Below are positions 48,331-58,913 of a stretch of 64,000 nt of DNA, piece by piece. The notes under the pieces were generated by a model. The model saw nothing but the letters and a program-made list of their open reading frames with translations, was not told the DNA's origin and ran no database searches. Numbering within the stretch: the first letter of the stretch is position 1; every line of letters begins with the position of its first letter. The DNA comes from an uncultured Alphaproteobacteria bacterium (lineage in GTDB: Bacteria; Pseudomonadota; Alphaproteobacteria; Rhizobiales; Rhizobiaceae), in contig CAVTKY010000023.1 in assembly GCA_963735385.1 (NCBI GenBank), forward strand, positions 51,109 through 115,108, read 5' to 3'. The translations under genes were made by a program, and so were the position numbers.

Positions 48331-49371
48331 ATGGAAGTTCGCGTCGCCAATGTACGCAAGGAGTTCGACAAGTTTCCGGCCTTGCGCGATGTCTCGCTGG
48401 ACATCCGCTCCGGTGAATTGATCGCGCTGCTTGGCCCGTCCGGCTCCGGCAAGACGACGCTGCTGCGGCTCATTGCAGGTCTCGAGCGGCCGACCAAGGG
48501 AGCCATCTATTTCGCTGATGAGGACGCATCGCTGAAGACGGTGCAGGAGCGCAATGTCGGCTTTGTCTTCCAGCACTATGCCCTCTTCCGGCATATGACG
48601 GTGGCCGAGAATATCGGCTTCGGCCTGAAGGTGCGCCATCACAACCGTCCGCCGGACCGGGAGATCAAGCGGCGAGCCTCCGAACTGCTCGATCTTGTCC
48701 AGCTTTCTGGCCTCGAGAAGCGTTATCCCGCGCAATTGTCAGGCGGACAGCGGCAGCGCGTCGCGCTGGCGCGTGCGCTTGCCATCGAACCGCGCGTGCT
48801 GCTTCTGGACGAACCTTTTGGCGCTCTCGACGCACAAGTACGCCGCGAATTGCGACGCTGGCTGCGCGAAATCCACGACAAGACCGGCCATACGACCGTT
48901 TTTGTGACGCACGATCAGGAAGAAGCCCTAGAACTTGCCGACCGCGTCGTGGTGATGAGCCAAGGCCGCATCGAGCAGGTCGGCACGTCGGACGAGGTTT
49001 ACGACACCCCGAATTCGCCTTTCGTTTTCTCCTTCATCGGTGAATCCAGTTCGCTTCCTGTCACCGTCGAGAAAGGCCAGCTGTGGATTGCCGACCGCGC
49101 TATCGGCATTTCAGCCCCCGAGGCCTCCGACGGCAACGCGGTGCTCTATTTCCGGCCGCACGACATCGAGCTCCTGGACAATGCGGGCGGCTGCATTGCC
49201 GGAACCGTCGCGGCCAGCCGCCGGGTCGCAGGCACCCGGCACGTAGAACTTGAGGTCGGCGCTGAAAGACAGCGTGTCGAACTTGAGATCCCGACCTCGC
49301 ACCCGGCTTCGGAGAAGACGCGGATCGCCTTCCGCCCGAAGAAATGGAAGCTGTTTCCAGCCGAGGCGTAG
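48331..49371 (+). CDS. cysA: Sulfate ABC transporter ATP-binding protein CysA
   Basis: MEVRVANVRKEF preceded by an AAGGA RBS. Walker A GPSGSGKTT, signature LSGGQRQR and a C-terminal TOBE-like domain. Confidence 0.9.
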   Translation: MEVRVANVRKEFDKFPALRDVSLDIRSGELIALLGPSGSGKTTLLRLIAGLERPTKGAIYFADEDASLKTVQERNVGFVFQHYALFRHMTVAENIGFGLKVRHHNRPPDREIKRRASELLDLVQLSGLEKRYPAQLSGGQRQRVALARALAIEPRVLLLDEPFGALDAQVRRELRRWLREIHDKTGHTTVFVTHDQEEALELADRVVVMSQGRIEQVGTSDEVYDTPNSPFVFSFIGESSSLPVTVEKGQLWIADRAIGISAPEASDGNAVLYFRPHDIELLDNAGGCIAGTVAASRRVAGTRHVELEVGAERQRVELEIPTSHPASEKTRIAFRPKKWKLFPAEA

Positions 49372-49541
49372 GCGCTTCTGGGCGGCCGCCGGTGCCATTG
49401 CCAAGATAAACAGGAGGGCCGACGTCGGGACGGCCCTAAGAGAGCGGAGCAGCGCAGTCTCGTAGAAGGCCAGACCCCGGCATCGCTTGCCCCGGAAACC
49501 GGCAGGCCAAGGCTGTCGCAGATTGCCATCCCGAGCTCCGA

Positions 49542-50164
49542 TCAATTCCCCGATCGCACGGCGACCGTCGCAATGCCAGCGCCGACGAGAAGCGTGCCTC
49601 CGGCCTTGTTGAAGATGCCGATCGCCCGGGGATTGCGCACAATGTTGCGCGCTCGCGACGCGACCAATGCGTAACCGAGGGCATTGGCGAAGGCCAGCAC
49701 GAGGAATGTCGTTTCAAAGATCAGCATCTGGATGAGGAAATCCGCATTGCGGTCGAGGAACTGCGGCAGAAACGCTACGAAGAAGGTGATGCTCTTGGGA
49801 TTGAGCGCCGTCACCAGCCAGGCATGACCCATCATTTTCGCGGCGGGCGTGCGTCGGTGCGCGGCCTGGCATCAAGCGCCCCGCCGGCTCGGAAGAGCTT
49901 GATGCCCAGATAGATCAGATATGCGGCGCCAATCCATTTCAACACCGTGAAAATCGTCGCGGACGCCATTAGCAAGGCCCCGATGCCGAGCATCGAGAGC
50001 GTCATGGCCGTGAAATCGCCCAACGCCACGCCGACCGCCATCGGCAGCGCGGTGCGCCAGCCCTGACCGAGCGCATAGGAAACGACCAGCAGGATGGTCG
50101 GACCGGGAATGACAAGGAGTACGGCAGACGCGGCGGCGAAGGCGGCCCAGGTTTCAATTGTCAT
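49542..50164 (-). pseudogene. LysE/RhtB-family amino-acid exporter, reading frame broken near 49845
   Basis: The N-terminal half is MTIETWAAFAAASAVLLVIPGPTILL... (ORF 49832..50164). The C-terminal half is MMGHAWLVTALNPKSITFF... (ORF 49542..49835). The halves are adjacent but one frame apart. One extra G (CCGCCGCG to CCGGCCGCG) would join them. Confidence 0.75.
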
Positions 50165-50336
50165 GGTCGGGTTCCTTGTCTCGGGACCAGATCAATCCCC
50201 GATCCCGAGTGGTTGTAAAGAGGGAAGCCGTCCATGCTCCGCCTTCGATACATTCCCGACACCACACCCCTGCCCTGCATGATGTTCTCGCCTGGCCGAC
50301 ACTGCACAGCCGGTCCGCAACGGTGCAGAAAACGAC

Positions 50337-51065
50337 CTACGGCCTGCTTTCACGGATGTAGCGTTGCGCGATGTCGCGCATGCGCGCGCCATGTCGAAAC
50401 TCTCGCCGTGACCACCATGGACGACACGAACAGGCAAATCGGACGATGCGAGCCATTGTGACGCGGTAGGCCGCACGGTCGCTGTCGGGAAGCAAATCGT
50501 AAAGCTCGCCGTCGTAGATGGCGTCGCCACTGAAAAACACGCCATCCTTTTCGTCCAACAGTCCAAGCGATCCCGGCGAATGGCCCGGTAAATGCAGAAC
50601 TTTGAACGTTCGGTTGCCAACGTCGATCGTGTCGCCTTCGCCGAGCATCCTGGTCAGCGGAGCAGGCAGGATTGCATAAGCGTCGGCAGTCCAACCGGCG
50701 CTCGGCACGACGGAGACTGGCTCGTCGAGGGCGCGGAACATGTCGGCATAGGTGAACCGGTCTTCCATCGTCTCGAACGCGGCGGCTTCGATTAGCGGCC
50801 CTGCGCGGTCCGCGAATTCGTGGAACGAGCCGACATGGTCGGAATGGACATGCGTGGCGAACGCGAGGACAGGCTTGCCGGGCGTCAGATCGAGCGCGGC
50901 TGAAAGACTGCGAAGGCCAAGGCCCGTGTCGATCACCAGATCGATGTCTTTCCCGCGCAAATGCCAGATATTGGACCGGAAAACATCGTCCACGCAGGGC
51001 TCGTCGAGCACCATGAGGTCTGGTGCAGCCGGTCGCTTGCGAAACCAGTCCGGGGCTGTTGCCAT
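50337..51065 (-). pseudogene. MBL-fold metallo-hydrolase; about 26 codons (50385-50462) appear to be read out of frame between two compensating indels
   Basis: The open 242-aa frame has THVHSDHVG, LPGHSPG and FSGD, then reads RIVRFACSCRPWWSRREFRHGAR. The adjacent frame over the same bases reads QWLASSDLPVRVVHGGHGESFDMAR, which supplies the expected last His motif. Confidence 0.7.
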
Positions 51066-51137
51066 CGTTTCCCGTCCCTCCCCGCGCCCTCAATTCGAGT
51101 TGTCCGGGGATTTACTCTTTATCAACCATGAATTTAC

Positions 51138-51923
51138 ATGATCGCGACGAATTTCAACCCGTGGGGGCACCGCGTGTCGCGTCAGTTTCGTGCATTCAAT
51201 TTCATCTCGCAAACAGCAAAGATACAAGAACCGATTTCCCGCAGGTCAGTACTGACGGGCTTGGGCGTCATGGGGCTCGGCGGCATCAGCGGCTGCATGA
51301 GCACAGTTCAAATGCCGGACCTTGGCGTGGACCAGACGTCGACCGCCGCGATTCGACCGCATATCAGCGTCGATCGTTCGGTGACGAGCGCGCAGCTGAT
51401 GTATGCCTCCTTCGCCGACGACGGCTTTCAGCTACCCGAAATACCGTATCAGAAGGTCGATTCGAAATTTCGCCGGCAGATCGTCGTCGATCCGACCGGC
51501 GAGGCGCCAGGGACGATCGTCGTCCATCTTCAGGAGCGTCACCTTTACCTCGTCCAGCCGGGCGGCGACGCCATCCGCTATGGCGTCGGCATCGGGCGTG
51601 ACGGTTTCCGTTGGCAGGGCCGCGCAAATGTCCAATACGGCAAGAAATGGCCGACGTGGACGCCGCCAGCGGAGATGATCGCGCGTAAGCCTGAACTGGA
51701 GAAATGGCGCGGAGGCCAGCCCGGAGGGCTCGAAAACCCGCTCGGTGCGCGCGCGCTCTATCTCTACAGGGACAACCAGGACACCGGCTACCGCATTCAT
51801 GGGTCGCCTGAGTGGTGGACCATCGGCCAGGCAATGTCTTCCGGCTGCGTGCGCATGATCAATCAGGACGTGATCGACCTCTACAATCGCGTGTCCGGAA
51901 AGGCGCCAGTCGTGGTGGCCTAG
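51138..51923 (+). CDS. L,D-transpeptidase (YkuD domain), Tat/lipoprotein-type signal
   Basis: ISRRSVLTGLGVMGLGGISGC lipobox-like signal. The catalytic region is YRIHGSPEWWTIGQAMSSGCVRM. The exact start is uncertain (ATG 51138 or GTG 51174). Confidence 0.8.
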   Translation: MIATNFNPWGHRVSRQFRAFNFISQTAKIQEPISRRSVLTGLGVMGLGGISGCMSTVQMPDLGVDQTSTAAIRPHISVDRSVTSAQLMYASFADDGFQLPEIPYQKVDSKFRRQIVVDPTGEAPGTIVVHLQERHLYLVQPGGDAIRYGVGIGRDGFRWQGRANVQYGKKWPTWTPPAEMIARKPELEKWRGGQPGGLENPLGARALYLYRDNQDTGYRIHGSPEWWTIGQAMSSGCVRMINQDVIDLYNRVSGKAPVVVA

Positions 51924-52125
51924 CGCATCGGCACGAAAATCGGGATCGATTTTCGGTAGCGCGATGCGAATTAACAACTTAGAGCGTCGTTTGTGCGTCC
52001 AAAAGGACGCACGGCGCTCTAAAGCGCGCGCGGCGAAACGGATCTTGCGACGCGCTTAAGCTATTGTTTTTGTGCATGTCGTTTTCCCAAAACCGCTGCA
52101 CACTTTTGGGCGACATGCATTAACG
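51920..52125. repeat. String of four palindromic repeat modules
   Basis: Modules: TAGCGCATCGGCACGAAAATCGGGATCGATTTTCGGTAGCGCGATGCGA; AGAGCGTCGTTTGTGCGTCCAAAAGGACGCACGGCGCTCT; AAGCGCGCGCGGCGAAACGGATCTTGCGACGCGCTT; GCATGTCGTTTTCCCAAAACCGCTGCACACTTTTGGGCGACATGC. The first ~95 nt recur inverted at 60881-60979. Confidence 0.8.
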
Positions 52126-52197
52126 GACCGCGCTTCGCGGTTGCGCAAAGCGGCAATACGCGCAAATGTAACCGTGGATTAACACCGGAGAATTCGC

Positions 52198-53364
52198 ATG
52201 CCGCGTACTTTTGTCATTGCCCAGGGCGGAGGCCCGACGGCCGTCATCAACCAGACATTGGCCGGCGCGGTCGGCGAAATCGAGCGGCGTTATCCCGACG
52301 CCAGGATACTGGGCTCACGGCACGGCGTGCGCGGCATTCGCGATGGCGACTATGTCGACTTCTCCGAGGTGCCGGCTGAACGCATGAGGAAAATCGGCAA
52401 GACTCCGGGCGCGGCCCTGGGCAGCACGCGCGACAAGCCGGACGCGGCCTATTGCGATCTCGTGCTCAAGGGACTGCAAAAGGTAGGCGCCGATGCCTTC
52501 ATCTATATCGGCGGCAACGATACGGCCGGCACCCAGCAAATTCTTTCAGATGCGGCGGGCGGCTCGATCGCGTTCGTCCATGCGCCGAAGACCATCGACA
52601 ATGATCTCGTCGAAAACGACCATACGCCAGGTTTCATATCGGCCGGCGAGTTCGTCGCCGGCGCGTTCCGCAGCGTCGATCTCGACTTCCGGGCGCTGCC
52701 GGGCGTCTATGTCGGCATCGTCATGGGACGGCACGCGGGCTTTTTGACCGCCGCCGCGGCGGCATGGCGCGACGACGAGGACGATGGTCCGCACCTGCTC
52801 TATGTTCCGGAGCGCGCTTTCTCGGTGCCGCGCTTCATCGACGATGTGCGCTCGACGCTCGATCGCTACAAGCGCTGTATCGTCGCGGTTTCCGAAGGCG
52901 TGACGACGGAAGACGGCCGCGCGCTCGTGGAAAGTCTGGTGCCCCCCGACCGGCTGGAGCGCGACGCGCACGGCAACATCAAGCTCTCCGGCAGCGATCT
53001 CAGCATGGCGTTCGAGCGTGCGCTCGCGGATGGCCTGCCCGGCAAGCGGGCCCGTGTGGACGCGCTCGGCTATATGCCGCGCGGCTATATCGGCGCGATC
53101 AACGAGACCGATGCCAAGGAGGCTTTCGAGGCCGGCGTTTTTGCCGTGGATACGGCGGATCGCGGCGGCGGCTCGGTCGCATTGCAGTACGAGGGCGGCA
53201 AGACGGTGATGCGGCGCGTCCCGCTTGCCAATGTCGCCGGGAAGACCCGTCACATGCCGGACAACTTCCTGCTGCCGGACAGGAACCACCTCTCGGAAAA
53301 GGGCATGGCCTATCTGACCCGGCTCATTCCAGTCAAATACGAGGTCGGCCGGCCATTCGTGTAA
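52198..53364 (+). CDS. pfp: Phosphofructokinase-family enzyme (PPi-dependent Pfp-like)
   Basis: Contains FVIAQGGGPTAVINQ, IYIGGNDT, PKTIDNDL and MGRHAGFL. The PPi versus ATP assignment is inferred from how common Pfp is in this group. Confidence 0.7.
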   Translation: MPRTFVIAQGGGPTAVINQTLAGAVGEIERRYPDARILGSRHGVRGIRDGDYVDFSEVPAERMRKIGKTPGAALGSTRDKPDAAYCDLVLKGLQKVGADAFIYIGGNDTAGTQQILSDAAGGSIAFVHAPKTIDNDLVENDHTPGFISAGEFVAGAFRSVDLDFRALPGVYVGIVMGRHAGFLTAAAAAWRDDEDDGPHLLYVPERAFSVPRFIDDVRSTLDRYKRCIVAVSEGVTTEDGRALVESLVPPDRLERDAHGNIKLSGSDLSMAFERALADGLPGKRARVDALGYMPRGYIGAINETDAKEAFEAGVFAVDTADRGGGSVALQYEGGKTVMRRVPLANVAGKTRHMPDNFLLPDRNHLSEKGMAYLTRLIPVKYEVGRPFV

Positions 53365-53476
53365 GGCTGCGACGTCGTGCGGGCGCCCGTGGCCGACAGC
53401 TGCCGCCGGCAAACTCAGAAGAACTTCGCAGGGTAAGGCAAACCGACGCCTCACCCTGCTTACGTTAACGTCGCGG

Positions 53477-56400
53477 CTACTCTGCCGCGATCGGCAGTTC
53501 GCGGCCTGCGGCGCGCTCCAGCGCATGAACGTTGGAGACATGCTCCATGCTGTCCGCCGCCTCCGGTTCGTCCTTGCTGTTCGGCTTGACCAACCAGCGG
53601 AACAGTCTCGCCGTGCCGATCGCGGCGTCGTCCATGATCGTGTAGAGGGACGGCACGAAAATCAGCGACAGGAAGGTCGAGACGAGCAGCCCGCCGACCA
53701 CGGCCACAGCCATCGGCGCACGGAACTCACCGCCATCGCCGAGAGCCAGAGAAGCCGGAACCATGCCCGCCGACATGGCGATGGTCGTCATCACGATCGG
53801 CCGGGCGCGTTTGCGGCCTGCATCGATGATGGCCTCGGCACGCGGAATTCCGTGCTTGACCTCCTCGACCGCGAAATCGACCAGCATAATCGCGTTCTTC
53901 GTGACGATGCCCATCAGCATCAGGATGCCGATGACAACCGGCATCGAGACGGCCGAATTGGTCAGCCACAGCCCCGCCACCACACCGCCGATCGCCAAGG
54001 GGAGCGAACCAAGGATGGTAAAGGAATGGAAGACCGAGCCGAACAGCAGGATCAGCACCACAAGCACCAGCATCAGGCCGGTGCCCATGGCGGTCGCGAA
54101 GCCGGAGAAAACCTCGCCCATGATCTCGGCGTCGCCGGTTTCCTGGATGCGGGTGCCGGCGGACATGTCTTTCACTTCCGGCAGCGCCCACACGATGCCC
54201 AGACCTTCGCCAAGCTCCGCACCACCGGCCATGTCGGCGGCGATAACCACACGGCGTTCGCGGTTGAAGCGCTGGATCGACGACGGACCCTGGCCAAAAC
54301 GGATTTCGGCGACGGAGGACAACGGCACGGTGACGCCTGACGGCGTCGGCACCGGCAAAGTACTGACGACCGACAGATCGTCGCGCGCCTTTTCGTCGAG
54401 CTGAACTCGGATCGGGATCTGGCGGTCGCCGACCGTGAATTTCGCCAGATTTGCGTCGACATCGCCGATCGTTGCAATGCGCAGCGTTTCCGAAAGCGTG
54501 GCTGTCGAGATGCCCAGTTCGGCGAGGCGGTCAAGATTCGGCATGACGATGATTTCGGGCCGATCCAGCGCGGCATTCGACGAAATGGCGCGGAACTTTC
54601 CGGTCGCCGCCATCGCGCTCTGGATTTTCCGCGCCTGCGCGTCGAGCAATGCGCCATCCGTGCCCATCACGCCGAAGGCGAGTTGGCGTTCGCCACGATC
54701 ATTGACGAAGTAGGCGCGCAGATCGGGAATAGTTTCCAGCTTCTTGAGCAGGATTTCCTCGATCTCGTGCTGCGGCACATCGCGTTCGGACTTATGCTTC
54801 AGGTCGGCAACGACCGTAGCGCGGCGCGGCTCCAGCGTGCCGGTGGGGCCGGACCCGCCGATTACATAGACGTTCTCGACTTCCGGCACCTCGCGCATCA
54901 GCGTCGTGACGTCATCGGTCATAACGCGCGTATCTTCGAGCCGGCTGCCGGGCGGCAGTTCGAGCGAGAAGACGATGCGGCTCGCGTCCTCCTTCGGAAT
55001 GAAGCCGGAGGGCAGGAAGCCGATCGCGTAGATCGACCCGGCGAAGAACGCGATGCCTCCGGCAAGCGTCAGCCAACGGAAGCGCAATGTGGTCCTGAGC
55101 AGGCTTTCATAGCCGCGCATGATGATGCCCGGTTTGGGTTCGGCATGGACGTGGCTGCGCAGGAAATAGGCCGCGAGTAATGGCGTGATCAGACGCGCGA
55201 CCAGCAGCGAGAAGAACACAGCGACGGCGACTGTGAGGCCGAACTGCTTGAAATACTGGCCGGCGATGCCGCCCATGAAGCTGACCGGCGCGAAGACAGC
55301 CACGATCGTCGCCGAAATGGCGATGACCGCCAGCCCGATCTCATCGGCCGCTTCCAGCGAAGCGCGATAAGGCGACTTGCCCATCTTGACGTGCCGGACG
55401 ATGTTTTCGATCTCGACGATCGCGTCATCAACCAGAATACCGACCACCAGCGTAATGCCGAGCAGGCTGACAAGATTGAGCGAGAAGCCCATCATGTCGA
55501 GCGCCCAGAACGCCGGAATGATGGAAAGTGGCAGCGCAATCGCCGCGACAACCGTGGCTCGGATGTCACGCAGAAACAGGAAGACCACGATAACCGAAAG
55601 GATGGCGCCTTCGAGCAGCGTTTCCATCGCCGCGTCGTAGTTGCCTTCCGTGTAGGTGACGGAATTGTCCACCTTGGTGATCGCAACGTCGGGATGTGCC
55701 GACTGCAATTGTTCGACCGCACCCTTGACACGTTCATTGACCTCAACGTCGCTCTCGCCCTTTCCCCGGAAGATGCCGAAGGAAACGACGGTTTGGCCGT
55801 TGACGCGCGCGAAGGACTTCGGCTCTTCCCACGAGTCGGTCACCGTTGCGATATCCGACAGCGTGACCTGACGCTCTCCGGCAAGCGGAATCTCCAGCCG
55901 TTCAAGATCAGCCAGCGTCTTGGCGCCGCCCAGCGTGCGGATTGCCTGGTCGCGTTCGCTAAAATCAGCGCTGCCGCCGGTCAAATCGACATTGGCCATC
56001 CTGAGGGCGCGGTTCACGTCGCCGGCAGTCACGCCCAGCGCGTTAAGCCTGTCCGGGTCGACTTCGATGTGGATTTCGCGCGTGACACCGCCATACCGGT
56101 CGACGCGCGCAACGCCTTTCAGCCCCTGAAGCTTGCGGATCACCGTGTCGTCAACGAACCACGACAGCTCTTCCGGCGTCATCGCAGGCGCAGCAACCGC
56201 ATAGGTGAGGATCGCCTGGCCCTCGACATCGATGCGGTTGACGATCGGCGCTTCAGCCGTTGCCGGGAGATCGGAGCGGATGCGCTCCACCGCGTCCTTG
56301 ACGTCGGTGACCGCCGTTTGCGTCTCGACTTCCAGCCGGAACTCCACCAGCGTCTGGGAATTTCCCTCGGTGATCGTCGAGGTGACGTTCTTGACGCCGC

Positions 56401-56630
56401 TGATGTTGGAAACGGCGTCCTCGATTCGCTTGGTCACCTGCGTTTCAAGTTCGCTCGGCGCCACGCCGGGATCGGTCACGACGACGGAGACCAACGGCAC
56501 GTCGATATTCGGAAAGCGCGTTACCGGCAGCTTCATAAAGCTCATGACGCCAAGCAGCCATGAGCACCAGGAAGAGCAGGATCGGCGGGATCGGATTGCG
56601 GATCGACCAGGCGGAAATGTTCCAGTTCAT
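53477..56630 (-). pseudogene. RND efflux transporter (AcrB/HAE1-like), reading frame broken near 56558 (codon ~25)
   Basis: The N-terminal MNWNISAWSIRNPIPPILLFLVLM (ORF 56445..56630) shifts frame before LLGVMSFMKLPVTRFPNIDVPLVSV (1022-aa ORF 53477..56545). One extra G follows ATG in CTCATGGCTGCTTGG. Its ATGA start overlaps the MFP stop. Confidence 0.85.
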
Positions 56631-57835
56631 GGCTTGATCGCTCCCGTTTCCTCGCCGCGCACCGGCGTAACGACATCGCCATCACCGACAAACGTGCCCG
56701 CGCGCGCGACGACGTCTTGTCCTTCCGCGATGCCGTTCACCTGGACATGGCCATCCGCGCGAGCGCCCAGCGTAACGGGTACGGCCTTTACCTTGCCGCC
56801 CTCGACGACCTGAACAAATGCTTCCGTGCCGCGGAAAGTGACGGCGGATGCGGGAACGGAAACGCCATCGATGCGCATCGCCTCGATCTCGCCGCGCGCG
56901 AAATTTCCGGCGCGGGCGCCGTGACTGTTTGCGAGCGAAACGTAGATCTTGCCGAGCCGCGACTTCTGGTCAACCTCGGGCGAAATCCGGCGGATTGTAC
57001 CGGCAATCGCTTTTTCGGCGCCGGCCGGCGTCACCTGTACGGGCATGCCGGGCTGAAGACGTGGCAACGCTGTTTCGGCCACTGTCGCTGCCATCTCCAA
57101 TTCGCCGCCGATGGCGATGCGGAACAACGGGTCTCCGCCGGCTGAAACGATGCCCCCCAGCGTAGCGTTGCGCGCCAGCACCAGTCCGTCAGCCGGAGCC
57201 TTCACTTCGGTCTTCTCGATCTGCAGCAGGATATTCTTTTTCTGCGCGTCGATGACGGCGAGCTGCGCTTCGGAGGCGGCGACCGCCTTCGTTGCGGAAA
57301 GAAGCTTCGCCTGAGCGCTGTCGTAACCATTGACGGCGTTGTCGAGCTGCATTTTCGCCGCAACGCCCTTGACCTGCAGCGCCTTGGCGCGATCGAACGC
57401 CTCCTGCGCCTGGCGCACGCCAACCTCGGTGTCGCCGATCTGCGCATGCATCTGCGCGATGGTTGCCTCGGCCTGGGCGCGGCTCGCGTCGACCTGGGCA
57501 AGCTGCGTGTCGAGCGCGGCGCGGTCAAGAACGGCCAGAACGTCGCCTTTCTTGACCACGTCACCCTCGTCGGCGTTGAGTTGAAGGACAATCATGCCGT
57601 TGAGATCGGTTCCGGCCGCCGCCGCCTCGCGGGCAACGATCGTTCCGGTCACCGACAGGCGCTCGACCAGTTCGCGCTCTTCAGCAGCGACGACCCGGAT
57701 CGCGGGCGGCGTCTGGACGATCGCCTTTTCCGCGGTCTCGCCGGCGGCAAAAACGCCGCCCGAAAGAGCCGCATAGGCAACGCCTGCCAGGAGGACGGCC
57801 GCAAGCGAAGAAATGAAGGTCGTACGAACGGTCAT
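56627..57835 (-). CDS. RND efflux periplasmic adaptor (HlyD/MFP family)
   Basis: 402 aa with a signal/anchor, a coiled-coil hairpin (LAQVDASRAQAEATIAQMHAQ...), and lipoyl and beta-barrel domains. Confidence 0.85.
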   Translation of the reverse strand: MTVRTTFISSLAAVLLAGVAYAALSGGVFAAGETAEKAIVQTPPAIRVVAAEERELVERLSVTGTIVAREAAAAGTDLNGMIVLQLNADEGDVVKKGDVLAVLDRAALDTQLAQVDASRAQAEATIAQMHAQIGDTEVGVRQAQEAFDRAKALQVKGVAAKMQLDNAVNGYDSAQAKLLSATKAVAASEAQLAVIDAQKKNILLQIEKTEVKAPADGLVLARNATLGGIVSAGGDPLFRIAIGGELEMAATVAETALPRLQPGMPVQVTPAGAEKAIAGTIRRISPEVDQKSRLGKIYVSLANSHGARAGNFARGEIEAMRIDGVSVPASAVTFRGTEAFVQVVEGGKVKAVPVTLGARADGHVQVNGIAEGQDVVARAGTFVGDGDVVTPVRGEETGAIKP

Positions 57836-57863
57836 CGTCAGTCTCGGAGGTTGGTTTCGGGGA

Positions 57864-58547
57864 TCAGTTGCCGGCAGGCTTGTAGCTGCCGCTCGGCCGG
57901 AACATGGCTTCGGTCATCGCCCGCATCAGCTTCTCGATGCGATCATATGGCACGCCAACGCCGGGCAGGTCGTTGGTGGCCAGACCATGCCCGATCGCCA
58001 TGATCATCGGCATCAGGGCGTCCAGCTCGACGACCGGATCGATGTCGCCCCGATCGATGGCGGCTTGAAGATAGTTGCGAAATTTCTCCTGCACTTCGCC
58101 CATGCAGCGTCGCTGATGGCGCGGATGGCCTCGTTGCGGAGCGCTTCGGTGTGTATCTCGGCGAAGATCGGCGCATTGCCGCTCTCGTGGATGTAGCGAA
58201 TGTGCCCCATTGCGGCGTTGAGAAAGCCATCAACCACGCAAGGGTTCTCGTCCATCGCCGCGAACTTTTCAGCGTCCTGCTTGCGGTCCGCTTCACAAAT
58301 GGCCTCGATGATCGCTTCCTTGGATGGGAAATAGCGGTAAAGCGCTCCCGGGCTCATGCCCACTTCGGCACAGATCTGGTTCATGGATGCGCCCTGGAAC
58401 CCAAACCGGAGGAAGCAGGCCTTCGCCGCATCGAGAATGCGCTGGATCTGCTGGTCGCGCCGTTCCGCACGCGAGGGAGCGTGGCTCTCCTTCCGCGAGC
58501 AGTTCGAGTTGACCGATAGGCGAGACGTCTTCCATCAGGATTTCCAT
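57864..58547 (-). pseudogene. TetR-family repressor of the efflux operon, two frame breaks (near 58488 and 58105)
   Basis: Three pieces in different frames. First MEILMEDVSPIGQLELLAEGE. Second SHAPSRAERRDQQIQRILDAAKACFLRFGFQGASMNQICAEVGMSPGALYRYFPSKEAII...AISDA, which holds the HTH. Third MGEVQEKFRNYLQAAIDRGDIDP.... Confidence 0.8.
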
Positions 58548-58555
58548 AAACAAGA

Positions 58556-58594
58556 GCGAACGTTCATTCTCTCTTTATGCGAATGATCATTCGC
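58556..58594. promoter_or_regulatory. Two related palindromic operator candidates upstream of the TetR gene
   Basis: GCGAATGATCATTCGC (58579-58594) is a perfect 16-bp palindrome. GCGAACGTTCATTC (58556-58569) is an imperfect copy. Both lie within 50 nt of the TetR start. Confidence 0.6.
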
Positions 58595-58700
58595 AGTCAA
58601 GATACCGCAGTGCAGCATCCGATCACAAGAATGTTTACGTCAGCGGCAACCTCCTAGTGCATGTTGCGTCCAATGTGATTCAGGAATGCTGGCGGGACTG

Positions 58701-58857
58701 CACCCCCGTCTGTCCTGCCGGACATCTCCCCCTCAAGGGGGGAGATCAGCTGCCGCGATACATTCGCTAACCGCGGCCGTCGCAGGACAAGCGTCGTCAA
58801 CGACGCGCGTGATCTCCCCCCTTGAGGGGGAGATGTCCGGCAGGACAGAGGGGGGTG
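58701..58857. repeat. Composite inverted GGGGGAGAT hairpin repeat
   Basis: CACCCCCGTCTGTCCTGCCGGACATCTCCCCCTCAAGGGGGGAGAT ... GATCTCCCCCCTTGAGGGGGAGATGTCCGGCAGGACAGAGGGGGGTG. Confidence 0.85.
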
Positions 58858-58913
58858 TCGCAGAGCGACGTTGTGGCAAACTGCGGGGTGAGGTCGATTG
58901 TATGCGACATGCG

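Noticed and set aside
55391-56563. 390-aa plus-strand ORF and other long ORFs opposite the RND gene
   Set aside because: They are antisense to a clearly conserved AcrB-type pump.
33850-58860. The recurring GC-rich hairpin repeats as a possible CRISPR array
   Set aside because: The copies are scattered over 25 kb, occur as inverted pairs with irregular spacing and variable sequence, and have no cas genes nearby. They behave like REP/RIME-type elements.
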